In this document: piece after piece, positions 1 to 11,043 of the stretch
Layout: each line of letters opens with the position of its first letter
How positions within the stretch are numbered: position 1 is the first letter of the stretch
Origin: Lepidodermella squamata
Taxonomy: Eukaryota > Animalia > Gastrotricha
DNA: 64,000 nt
NCBI GenBank assembly: GCA_047495785.1
Contig: JBLDXI010000032.1
Coordinates: forward strand, 2,294,001 to 2,358,000
Direction of reading: 5' to 3'
The notes under the pieces: model-generated
What the model saw: the letters and a program-made list of their open reading frames with translations, nothing else
Told to the model about the DNA's origin: nothing
Databases searched by the model: none
Translations under genes and position numbers: made by a program

Positions 1-455
1 CTGCCAGCGAAACCAGTCGTGCTTTATTGGGAAGTTTGGTCGCTTTGTGCCACATTGACGTCAGACTACCGAACGGAGCTACCCCGCCTCAGTTTCTGTT
101 AACCTTGCCGACTGGTTGGATCGGGAATGAATGGTTGGGTCTGGGTATTGTGTTGGAAATCGATGAAGCTGGTCGCAAAGTCACGCTTGCGACTCCATTA
201 GCCGAACACCCGGACATTCTAGCCCGAGTAAATTGCTTGATGCGAGGCTCTGTGACCATCACAGATTCAGCCATTGCCGAAATTGTCCCTAGTCACTTGA
301 GGCAATGCGCTCCGCCCCAAGGTGTTTCAGTGCAAGGAAGCGGACATGCAGAACGAGACGACGGACCGTTCGACGCTCAGCGTTTTGGTGGCCGGCGGGA
401 TTTTATGCGCAGAAAGCGGGGCATGCAGCAACTAGGTCAGTCACCGCAGCAGTAA
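1..455 (+). CDS. NOL9: 3' end of polynucleotide 5'-hydroxyl kinase NOL9/Grc3 (Clp1 family); starts before the window
   Basis: C-terminal segment WLGLGIVLEIDEAGRKVTLATPL...VNCLMRGSVTI resembles the NOL9/Clp1 C-terminal domain; stop at 453-455. Confidence 0.7.
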   Translation, partial: ASETSRALLGSLVALCHIDVRLPNGATPPQFLLTLPTGWIGNEWLGLGIVLEIDEAGRKVTLATPLAEHPDILARVNCLMRGSVTITDSAIAEIVPSHLRQCAPPQGVSVQGSGHAERDDGPFDAQRFGGRRDFMRRKRGMQQLGQSPQQ

Positions 456-1053
456 TCTTCGCCCTTTTTAATGATTGCGTATTTGTGCAAATAAAGTTTG
501 ATAATAAAAATGCAATTGATCCATATCATCTGGTGTGCTTATTTTTCTATTCCTCCTGTATCGATCGCTGATATTAATATGAGTATTGATTTGTCGCAGA
601 GCGCCGCCATACCCCCAAGTGGCTCACGGTTGATTAGAACACAAATATTGAGCGTGATGGCACGTGAAAAAACGCGTCGTTGTATGAATTATTTACTGCG
701 ATTAATTTTGCTCATGGCAAACGTTGAGCGCGCACGGAGGAATCGATTTTGGCAGTTGAATAATCTACGAACAGGTAAAATAGGCCGAGCAGGGGAGCGT
801 AGTTTTTTTAACATATCGCAAAATTCCCTGCTATTTAATACAGTAATGATAAGCGGTTTCTACATCAAGAGCTTTCGAATTTTAGTCGGAAAGCGTTCTT
901 ATTAGCTATGTAATTCAAGATAGTATCGAACGAAGAAAAATACCTCTGAGGATCATATGACCGTGACGCTCTAGGTCGACTTGACTTTCCTTTAAAATTC
1001 TGTAGGCAGACAGCATTTCCGCACATTTTATTATCAATAATTTTCTTTAAAAA

Positions 1054-2039
1054 ATGGCGAAAACTCTGACGTTACCCGACTGCGTGATTTGCTACCGGGA
1101 AGCTCCAGATCACCCGGTCGCAACCCCATGCGGGCACGTATTTTGGTAAGATCTAACCGATTTTTTTTGGTGTCCATAATTTTAATTTGTAATTTCAGCA
1201 AATCATGCATAACAACGGCCCTTCAAATGAAAAGACATTGTCCTATTTGCCGGAAAAAAGTAGCACCCAAGAATTTGATTCCAATTATAGCGAGTGAGAC
1301 GGTCGTAGAGGACAAGGATGACGACAGTGAAGATTCATCGGGTTCACCCAGCACGAAAACGAAATTGCAGATTACCTGCGCAAAATGCTCGAAACCGCCG
1401 AAAGGTCCCGAGTTGGCATCTTGCGGGCACGCGTTCTGGTAATTGATTAATCTAATCCTAGAGAGATTTAGATTTATTTTCGAATTTTCTAGCCGGCCGT
1501 GTGCTCACCTGTGGTTCGAGCCCGAACTGAAGTGTCCGATTCATGACCTGCGGCTGGATAGGCGGCGGCTTTCTAGTCTTTTTTGTGACGGAGCAGGATG
1601 CAGAAGCGCAGTTAGCACTCGAGCCCCCTCCTCAAGACTGCCCCCATTAAAGCAGAACCTAAGACATAGCTATGAAGAAGATTCATTCGACAGCGACGAT
1701 TCAAACTCCGATAGCAGCAGTTCGAACACCGACAACGAATCGGAAATAGCTTCGATCAGTGATAACGACCTAATTTTAGTTAATAGATTTGTATTCTCCT
1801 TGCCCCCAATCGGGCGAAGGGGATCCGACAGCCACGATGGGCACATTTTCCCACAGCTCCTTGTGCCGCCAGCTTTCGCTCTACTTCAACATATTGGTCG
1901 CCATCCAATTATCCTGATGCAGCGCGGATTTCTGCCACGCTTAGGAAGAAATAATCGGAGCGGTTCGCAGCAATCGCAAGATGAACCGGAACCTCAAAAC
2001 CAGGTACAACGGCGAACAAGGCGTTCGTTTTTTTTCTGA
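1054..2039 (+). CDS. RING-finger protein with two C3HC4-type RINGs and an acidic Ser/Asp tract (spliced); 3' end uncertain
   Basis: ATG at 1054. CVICYREAPDHPVATPCGHVF|CKSC...CPICR and CAKC...SCGHAF|CRPC...CPIH, each split by a short GT-AG intron at the same position. Traces of a possible frameshifted third repeat (PTAT / GHIF) near 1830-1850. Confidence 0.7.
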
Positions 2040-2636
2040 GCATCGTTTCCAGCTTCTGTACTGTCTTCGTCGTAAAACAGTTATGAAAGCGTTGTCTCGA
2101 CAAACAATATTATTTGTCCACAGAGGTATTCAAGATCTGAAAGAACTTTTTATTAAATTCCGGCATAAAAAGTCTTTCACTTTAGTGAAGGAATCATCAT
2201 TCTGTGCCTCTGAAGGTGGCGAGCCACCTTAAACTGTCGTGAAGCTATTTTAAACCTGGTTTATCGAAAACACTTTCTATTTTCTTTTCTATCTGCGACA
2301 TCTCACGTTTTCTATAGTAAATTGATCATGAAGTTCATTATAATTCTAGGTGTCATGACGTAAGCCCTTCCGGCTTTTAAACTAGATCGTAAAGTGTTCC
2401 TCCGGAAATGCGAGGCGGCTTCAAAATGAGAGAGAGATCAAAATATACAATTTCGAGTAAAGATGTCACCGAGTAAGTGCGATTAGTCAAACAAACATCA
2501 AGGAGGACGCGTAGTCTCTGAAGGCTGACAGTTTACCCAGCCCACGCCTTGACATACATCCATGAAAGGCGTTATAAGGTGTCTGCTGCGAAAAATTCGG
2601 GGTTGAAAAATTATATCCGATAAAGAGAAAAGAAAC

Positions 2637-4331
2637 ATGATTTCAACTTCAGCTGTTTTGGCACTAGCTCTCGCCTTTGGTCAAGTCAGTCCTCAAATAG
2701 TTCCTGCGAGGCTGAACATGCCAAACTATTACGCCAACATTCCTAATATTCCTAACATCCAAGCGTTGCAGGGTGCCATGACTGCGATAGCAAATACCTA
2801 CTCAGGGATGGCGATCAACGCGGGACAATCATCAGGGAATACCTTGGCAGGTTTCAATCCCTTCGCGGGAACCAACATTGGGCAACCATCCAATAACTTG
2901 ACTGGTTTCAATCCAATAACTTCGATCGCTAATAACAAGGGGCAGCCATCCAATAACTCGACAGGTTCCAATACTGCAAACAGCGCGTTTGGGTCAGTTC
3001 AGCCACAACCTTCGTTCCCTGCCAATTTCTCTGACGTATTAACATCGATGCTACTAAATGCTTTAAATGGCTCGGCTACGGGTCCATCCAAGGCTCCCAA
3101 TATTCCTATGGATGTGGATCGGGCGCCCAGTCTTTCCGTTGACAGTTTTCCATCCAATTCTTCCTTCGATCTGCCAACGTTTGGAGGCTCCTCTTTCCAA
3201 ATGCCGAAGAAGATTGGAATACCCAATGTTGATTGCAAAGCTCTAGCTAAATCTTTAGCCGACGCTCTAAATGGCTTGCCGGGAACAGCTTCTATTAAGA
3301 GTGTCAATTCTACATTGAACTCCACCATCTATAAAACAGTGACCCCGAGTGAAGCAATTAAAAATCCCGGTCTGATGCGAGATTTCGCTACCAGCACCAT
3401 TTCGTTCCTTGGCCGAATTTGGAATGCAACGTCAAACAGCTCTGTGAAAAAAGCTTTTACAGATTTGCTGCCATCTGTTGTCGAAATAACATGTTCTGCA
3501 TTTGATACTGCGGTTTTGAAAGCCACCACGGAGACTTATCCTTGGTCGATTCCTCAGAACAACACCACTGATGATGGCATGTTCCACATTATGCCATATC
3601 CGTATCCTGTGCAACCAGTCATGCCACCTGCTGAAATCAACTCTTCTCCGGTCGGGGCTTTGAATGCCACGAAAATGGGAGCTGCCGTGTTTGACGCCTT
3701 CAAGAAAGCCTTCACGTCGCCTAACACTGCACAAGATTCGAAGGCACAGGACACTTTCAAGAAAACAGTGATGACTGTCGTTAATCAGCAATTGAAATCG
3801 GCCAACATCACTGAAGAGGAAACTCGAACTCAGTTAGCGAGTGAGATTTTCCAGGGTTGCGTTCAGAATATCCCTAAAATACAACCTGGAGGTAGATGGC
3901 CTCCCGTCGGATGGAACGCAACCATCGCTAACATTACCTCGAAAGCAATCAACACGATTGCACGAAAAAGTGATTCGTCAGCAGCCATGGGTGCAGTTGT
4001 TCTGGAAACTCCCAAAACATTCAGCCCGGCAAAGGTTGCCATGTACACCGACCCTCGTTCATTTTATACGAACCCGAAAACGATGAAAGGTGCCCTTGCT
4101 GCTGGTAATTGCTACTGTACTTGCTTGGAACAGCTGCCAATGTTCGGATTCGCATCCAATTCATCCCCGAGTAGCATGACCTTTTTCGTTCCTCCTGAGC
4201 AGCAAAAGTGTGGTAAGTCAAACTCATTTTTTGCATGATCTCCTAAAAATAAGTCTATTCCGCTTTTAGCTGCTGGATCGCAGCTGAAGACCAGCAGTCA
4301 GTGCGAGTGTCATTGCTGTGCCAAGAATTGA
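2637..4331 (+). CDS. Secreted N/S/P/T-rich protein with C-terminal 8-Cys module (2 exons)
   Basis: Signal-peptide-like MISTSAVLALALAFG; long exon 1 ending CYCTC...QKC; intron gtaag...ttttag; exon 2 AAGSQLKTSSQCECHCCAKN*. Confidence 0.8.
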
Positions 4332-4795
4332 TACAATCAGATTAAAAAATGAACTATGCCTGATTTCGTTAAAATGTGACACCCACCGAACCCCTTCACC
4401 CTCACCTACCCTTATTGTGCCTCTTATCTTACAAAATAATGTCACTTCTGTCATCACTTTGAAATCATATGTTTCTATCCTTGCTTCTATTCTTATCTTA
4501 CACCCTGAATTCACCCGCCACTATGCTTATCCCAGCGGAACTGGGGTTTAAATGCAACAGAGTAAACATTTACTTACGCAAATGGATACTGTTACCACGA
4601 ACTTCCGCTTCGCAGCGCATTAGACGCTGACTTCAACCCTCAGCTTTTAGAATCCGACTAGAGATACCTTGAGGAATAATATATATTACATGTACAGGAT
4701 GTTTGCTCGCTACCCTGGCTGAGTTCTCATTCTATACGTTTATAAGCCGTTCTAAGAAATATTTTGGCATCGAATTCCTTTTTTGAATAAAAAAT

Positions 4796-5407
4796 ATGGC
4801 ATATTTTGTTTTGGTACTTATTCTTTGTTTGAGCGGAGTGACTGCTAATCGGCGACCCAATTCGAAGCCGAAAACGGAAGCTACAGATCCAAGGATTGTG
4901 GTACCCCATGTGCCCAACGGTTTTCTAGCTAGTTCCTCAAGTAACGCCACCGCAACAGACAGATTTGCAGCTAACGTGTTGTTTTACGACGATTATACTG
5001 TTTTCTTGGCCGAATCTCAGAAACCAGTTGCCAACAATCGATGCATCTGCCGCTGCTTCCCCAAAAGCCCGGCGTCAATGAGTGTATCAACGGACGCTTC
5101 GGCAGGACAATGTGGTTGGTATCAGACATCTTAATTTGGGTTGTTTCCAATTTTTATTTCTATCCCAGGGAAAGCGCCGAAGGATGTACAAGCGACTTGT
5201 CATTGTAAATGCTGTGGTGAATATCAAAAATCACTCATTTTGAATTCGAGTGGGACGAAATCCGGCGAGTCCCCATCGAAAACCACGAAAGCAGCAACAG
5301 CGAAGCCGAAGCCAACAAAAACCACGACGGAACCTACATCGAAGGCCACCAAGACAACAAAGTCTAAAACTACGAAAAAGACGACAAAGAAGCCGGCTGA
5401 TGAATGA
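4796..5407 (+). CDS. Small secreted protein with 8-Cys module and Thr/Lys-rich tail (2 or more exons)
   Basis: Signal peptide MAYFVLVLILCLSGVTA; CICRC...QC, intron, then GKAPKDVQATCHCKCCG; TTKAATAKPKPTKTTT tail. Confidence 0.75.
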
Positions 5408-6233
5408 TTTCCCTCCTATACAAACAGGACGGTTTTGATCAAAGACTGAATATTCGTAAAAACCCGAACGTCGTTTCACATCATCTGATGGTGTTGTCGC
5501 TGAATTAAATCGAAATTTACTTGCTTAATGTATTAAATGTTGTGTCACCGCAATAAAAAATAATAAATTTCAGATACATTTCGGATACATTTCGGACAAT
5601 GCGGTGGATAGCTTATTTCATGCTGATTCCGCTGAAATAAAAAATTGGTCCGTTAGGTTCGAATTGAGGGTTCTATTTGATTCTATTCAAATTCTATTTG
5701 AGGGTTTCCCCATGACTTGGATTTCGCACCTTTCAAAATGGCTGTCAAAAACTAACCCATGTTAAGACCATCTCATAAAGCTGTTACCTGTGACCACCTC
5801 GTATTTCATTGCTCTTTTCATCCGATAATAATGTTAAAGATGATACTTCCGCTCCCTTCGATAAATTCAGCATGTGCTCGTGCGATATCATGCGCGGCGC
5901 ACTGTCCCAATGTGCCCGAGCCTGGATATTTTGCCTTTCCCGGGCAAAATAAAGCGCTTTTCGTTCGTTCGATAGCTAGAAATCCGAACACGTTCAGTGC
6001 GTTCTCTAAGCCCACGCCCGTTAAATATTTGTTCAAGTTCCTCGCTGCGTTCTGTAACATGGGCGTGTTCAGAGTGGTGGGTTTCCGGTCCCGAAAACGC
6101 GCTCGCGCTAATGTAGGCGGTAAAAAAGGCGTAGATGTCGATGGTACATTAGCCAGGCGTGTCATCTTAGATCAGATATTAGTTCAATTTCTATTTTTAG
6201 CTCTCTTTTTATCGACGTTTCAAGTTATAATCA

Positions 6234-7282
6234 ATGACTCTGGTTTTTCACTTACTTCTTTCAGGTAATACCTATATGACATGAAATATTTCAATTTCTG
6301 GACTTGGGGATTTATTTATTTCAGTTGCATTGTTGACGGGGCCCGCCGTTGCCTATGATGTTTTTTCGATCATGAACACCCTAACTTCGGCCGGTTATTC
6401 ACTGAACCTTGGTACTATTATGAATGCAGTCAGCATCATTGGTGCATCGGGCGGCAAGTTCGATGCTGCAACTATGAAAAGCTTGGCGAACTTGGCAATC
6501 GCTAATAAAGTTGACTCTCAAACGCTGCTGAATATTGCCAAACAAATGGGTTACAGCAAAGTTACTATTCAAGACATCCAGAACTTCCTGAATTCAGCGA
6601 CAAACACCGCTAGTTCGGCAGTAGCTTCAAGTTCCAACTCTGGAAACGCCGCGAGCAATGTTGTTAGCGTAGCTTCACTCGTCCCTCAGGTTTCAAATGT
6701 CGTCAATGGCGTCGTTTCAGTCTCTGGGAGTTCTAGCTCTACATCAACTGCTTTGAACGGAAAAGGTCAATATTCGGTATCGGGTTGCACGTGTACATGC
6801 ACAAGCGAGTTTGTAAATGGACAGCCAGTTATTCCAAGTGGAAGTGTTTCGGTCGCCGCTCCCACTTGTACTGCACCAGGTGAGAAACTCGAAATAAGGA
6901 TGTGGGCTGGTTTCTAGAATCTTTTAACTGAGCTTTTTCGAGGGTTCCTATCTCTGAATTATTGCCAGACTAAGGCATGCCTAACAAAAATCGATGGTGG
7001 CTGCGAATGGAGTGACATTGAATAGCCTGTATTAGGGCTGTCTGAACCTTAGTGTCTAGTTCAATCGCTCCTGGCTTAGCTGCGAAAGTCCCGAAAATTT
7101 CCACATTTTTCTCAAAATTTGCCTTCGTTTGGCAGGATGTTATTATTTTATGCTTCTTGTATTTAGCAACTGCTACGAATATGGGCCCGGTGTGCAGCTG
7201 TCAATGCTGCGGCCAACCACAAGCCATCGCTTCTGCTTCGCCCGTTAAATGGCCATCTGTGATCCCGATGGTGAGCGGTTAA
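6234..7282 (+). CDS. Secreted Ser/Ala/Val-rich protein with 8-Cys module (3 exons)
   Basis: MTLVFHLLLS|VALLTGPAVA signal peptide across intron 1; CTCTC...PTCTAP, intron, then ATATNMGPVCSCQCCG. Confidence 0.75.
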
Positions 7283-7517
7283 ATCCTTCAGAACATTTTT
7301 CAATAGTTTCATTAAGATAAGGCGCATAAATGAGATGTTTTCTTTAATTTATTGACTGGCTTTCCCCAGCATCAGTGCTAGCTGATACATCGCTATATTA
7401 GAGGTTGAAATCGCAAAACATTTCAATAAAGGATATTACATAGGTGAACAATGTGGTGGTAGCTTTTCATTATGACCGTCCTGGAGAGCCTAAAAATACG
7501 ATCAGCTGATTGGTCGA

Positions 7518-8034
7518 TTAATGATGAATGTGCTCCATCAGGCGGTTGTACCACGCGCGCCAGTGGCTGTGCGCGTATTGTTCGAAGTGATTCGGGGTGA
7601 CCCAGACGTCGCGTTGGTGGAAGACGGGCTCGCCGTACCAAGTGCCCACAACCCAGCCAGGTTCGTCTTTCATCAGCTCGCGCTCCGCCTCGCGATTGTT
7701 GTGACAAACTTTAAGAAATCTGTAACGCAAACTCATGTAATAAATTCAATTGCTGTCGCATAAATATTTACTCTCGATCTTGTTCCGCCCAAACCAGAGG
7801 CAGAGTAGCCAAAAGCTGATCACGGGGTTCGATAAAGATCTGCGAATAACGCTTCGGCTTGTCGTGATACAAAAACATGTAGCCGCTGAATCCAGAGATG
7901 GCAGCTAGGGTGCCGAGGGCTTTGTAGCCCCAAAATCGACCCTTAGGCGCGATTCTTCTAGCCCAGTCGTAAGCAGGATAGCCACCTTTCGGTGGCATAT
8001 CTTGCAAAATCTTGGGCTTTTCTTGCGAATCCAT
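7518..8034 (-). CDS. NDUFA13: NADH dehydrogenase 1 alpha subcomplex subunit 13 (GRIM-19), 2 exons
   Basis: QDMPPKGGYP, LPLVWAEQDR, ELMKDEPGWVVGTWYGEPVF motifs. Confidence 0.93.
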
Positions 8035-8285
8035 CTTAAGTTAAACACTAAAAATTTAAAAAAAAATCAACATTAGATATATCTACAGATACAATACTTT
8101 TACTTCGCAAGTGAATCGGTATCGGTACCTATAGAAAGGAGCGTAGCAACTACGTTTTCTAACAATAACCACTCGATAATCACGAGCTTGTTGTATGATG
8201 CTAAATTAAATTTATTAGTCTGAACGACGCGTCTTTATGGGATAACCAGGTAATTTTAATCGTGTCGGGCTTATTGTGTTCTTCT

Positions 8286-9229
8286 TCACTTAGGATGGCC
8301 AGAGAGCTCGGGTGCGGGTTTAGTGCTCATGCCAGCCAACAGCTTCTTGACTTCCGCAATGGCTAGGCCTGGATTCAAATGTTTGGGACAGGCCGCCGTG
8401 CAGTTCATGATGGTGTGGCAACGGTAAACCGAAAATTTATCTTTCAGGGCGCTAAGGCGCTCCTCGGCGAACTCGTCACGTGAATCAATAATCCATCGGT
8501 ATGCCTGCAATATGGCAGACGGGCCAAGATATTTGTCGCTGAAAATTTCAAGTTGATAAATAATGAAAATCGAAAATCGAACAGTAATTACTTGTTCCAC
8601 CAGTAAGATGGACATGAAGTGGAGCAGCAAGCGCAGAGAATGCACTCATAAAGCCCCTCCAACTTAGCACGATCTTTAGTGCTTTGTAACAAGCCTTTCT
8701 CTTTGGTCAGCGCTTCTTCAGCGGGGCTGTCTCTGCGCTTAAGGTAAGGTTCGATCATACGATATTGCGCATAGAAACCGGTCATATCGGGAACAAGATC
8801 CTTGATGACGAACATGTGTGGCAAGGGATAGATCGAAACCTTGCTGGAGCCGTCGCTGATCTTGTGAATACAGGCCAAAGTATTCTTGCCGTCGATATTC
8901 ATGGCGCATGAGCCACAGACACCTTCGCGACATGATCGGCGGAACGTTAGAGTTGGGTCCATTTCATTCTTTATTTTGATGAGGGCATCCAAGACCATAG
9001 GACCGCACTCGTTCAAGTCGATTTGAAAAGTCTGAGTGTGCGGTTTGCTGCCAGGCTGCTCCGGGTTAAACCGATAAATCTTGAAGGTCTTAAGCTTCGG
9101 GGCTTTTTGCTCTTTCGGCGCGGGAGCTGCAGCAGCAGCAGCGGCGGCATTGGCTGTGGCACTTGCAGAAACTCGCCGCAGGCCTGCTGTGAAGGCAGCC
9201 TGGGGCAGCATTGCAAAGCTGCGCATCAT
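8286..9229 (-). CDS. SDHB: Succinate dehydrogenase iron-sulfur subunit, 2 exons
   Basis: Mitochondrial presequence; [32 protein letters not shown] and [13 protein letters not shown] Fe-S motifs. Confidence 0.98.
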
Positions 9230-10267
9230 CTTTAATAAATAAAATCTACATAAAGAAATAAGAATAAATCAGTGGGAGGAGACGCCACATTGTCGAGAAC
9301 ATCAATCGTGAAACCCGTGGACATCATAGAGATGATTTATAGCAGCATTGATTGATTGAATAGCAACCCCAGCCTCCCAATGTTTGAAATGTCAATATCT
9401 CACGCCCTAGAGCATCGATTATATACGCCAAATGCACTAAACTTGATCATTAGCCCAACAACTTTAATGCTACAGTATCTAATCAACTGAAGCATGAGTG
9501 TCTTGGGTGTCAGCAAAATTGAGGTCAACCTGTATAAAACCTCAAGAGTTTAGGTAAGGAGAGTCGAAGTTGCATACGAAGACATGTAGACCATGGCTGG
9601 CGAAGAGTAAAGAAACAAAGACCCTAGCTACCCCATACGAGAGTCAGGCAAGACGGAGTCCTTTGGTCATCGGAATTCCACCATCCATCAAGCATGTAAC
9701 CTCTCTTCGGACAATTGGGGCGCCGTTTTTCTTGATTTTCGAGAGAACAGGGCTTTCCGCAATTTTTTACGGAAAACTTGTTCTCACATCTTATTATATT
9801 TGCATTACTAATAAAATTTCATATTTAATTTCAATAATTTAAGCCGCATTTCTAGTTTTTACTTTCAAGCGTCTATCGTTACTGCACATGTTACTCTACG
9901 CGCGTGCAACAGGTGAGTTATCGTTTTTTCATCCCCTTCTTGTCACAGTGGTTGGGGAGGTCAACTGCTGGAGAGTGTTTGCTTGAACTTCAATTTTGTC
10001 GTGAGCGCGGCACTGCCGTCGCTCGCTTTCGCTTCTCATTTCCGCCTATCAGATGATTTGAAAACTAACGGCATGGACTGATTGTCACTGTTCCCTGTTC
10101 CCATGCGTCCAACAAGTTGAACCCATGTTCTATGAAGCAGATGAAGACTAAACTAAACCGTGTAAAACACTGCTACCGCAATGACTTGTTAGTATCTTGT
10201 AATTACTCTTGCAACAAATGGCTAGTATTTCGTCTTATTTTTATCATCTTCATTTCCTTATCCATAT

Positions 10268-10661
10268 GAAGAGAAAGCGCATTGGCAGAGAACTCTTATT
10301 CACTTTATTTAAACGTGACGTTTCGGCTCTTTCGTGAGCCATCATCAGACTAGAAAGCAAAACAAGATAAAGAACAAGGTAAAGGGAAATCACAACAAAG
10401 AAAGTCCACAACAAAAAAGTATGAAGAGCACTAAAATAGCTTCAATTTGATAGAATCTGTTTGCACATTTAGGCTCATTGCTAGTTTGATTTTCTTTATC
10501 AACAAGCTTTCGTGCAATAAGCAGTCCCATCTGTTTCTGCATTTGCGTAACACCGTGAAACACGCGTGCAGGTTGAAGCCATCAGGCAATTCATGCGAGC
10601 GCAAATGTTTCCCTATCGAGCTGGACTGTAGCCAATGTTGTTCAACGCGCTGGTGAAGGTG
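10268..10661 (-). mobile_element. 5'-truncated Penelope-like retroelement fragment (GIY-YIG C-terminus plus pLTR-like region)
   Basis: ORF 10431-10670 HLHQRVEQH...IGKHL...FTVLRKC...HESLLIKK...SLNVQ resembles the PLE GIY-YIG tail; hammerhead core and AATAAA downstream; 11-bp direct repeat cttatccatat at 10257-10267 and 10662-10672; absent from copy B. Confidence 0.8.
10314..10352 (-). ncRNA. Minimal type I hammerhead ribozyme core (PLE-type)
   Basis: Minus strand reads CUGAUGA-U-GGCUC-ACGAAA-GAGCC-GAAAC-GUC: conserved core boxes, 5-bp stem II, ACGU palindromic stem III; stem I pairing is weak. Confidence 0.75.
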
Positions 10662-10711
10662 CTTATCCATATAGTCTTAATTCTTAATTGAAAAGTCATA
10701 CCAAGATTGCC

Positions 10712-11043
10712 ATGTCTCTTTATTGATCCTCTGGGTTTGAAGAGAAAGCGTAATCGCAAAAAGAAGGCAGAGTATTTCGAACCGCAATGGAGATCTGACA
10801 TAGAGCAGCGAGAGCTCGCATTTGAAATAAAAACAGCTACAATTCGATTCAACAAGGCAGCCAGTTACGTCATTAAGTTCAGCCTTGTTGAATCGTTCAC
10901 CGATCGATATGATGGCGTCATGATCAAAATAGACAGCAGTGATTTTATTGACGGACATGTTTACAAGAGCCCAATTATCGAACCGGCTGAAATCGGAGCG
11001 AGAATGCCATTTGAGCATACCATTACCTTTTCTCTTCCTAAAG
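10712..11043 (+). pseudogene. CCDC33: Truncated, frameshifted CCDC33 first coding exon
   Basis: Near-identical to 28819-29149, but an extra base gives atg tct ctt tat tga; no downstream CCDC33 exons follow. Confidence 0.85.

Noticed and set aside
498-905. 135-aa ORF after NOL9
   Set aside because: AT-rich 3'-UTR/intergenic sequence with a non-ATG start and no recognisable features
5759-6268. 169-aa and 115-aa overlapping ORFs between secreted genes 2 and 3
   Set aside because: No motifs or compositional signal; likely promoter or 5'-UTR sequence of the third gene
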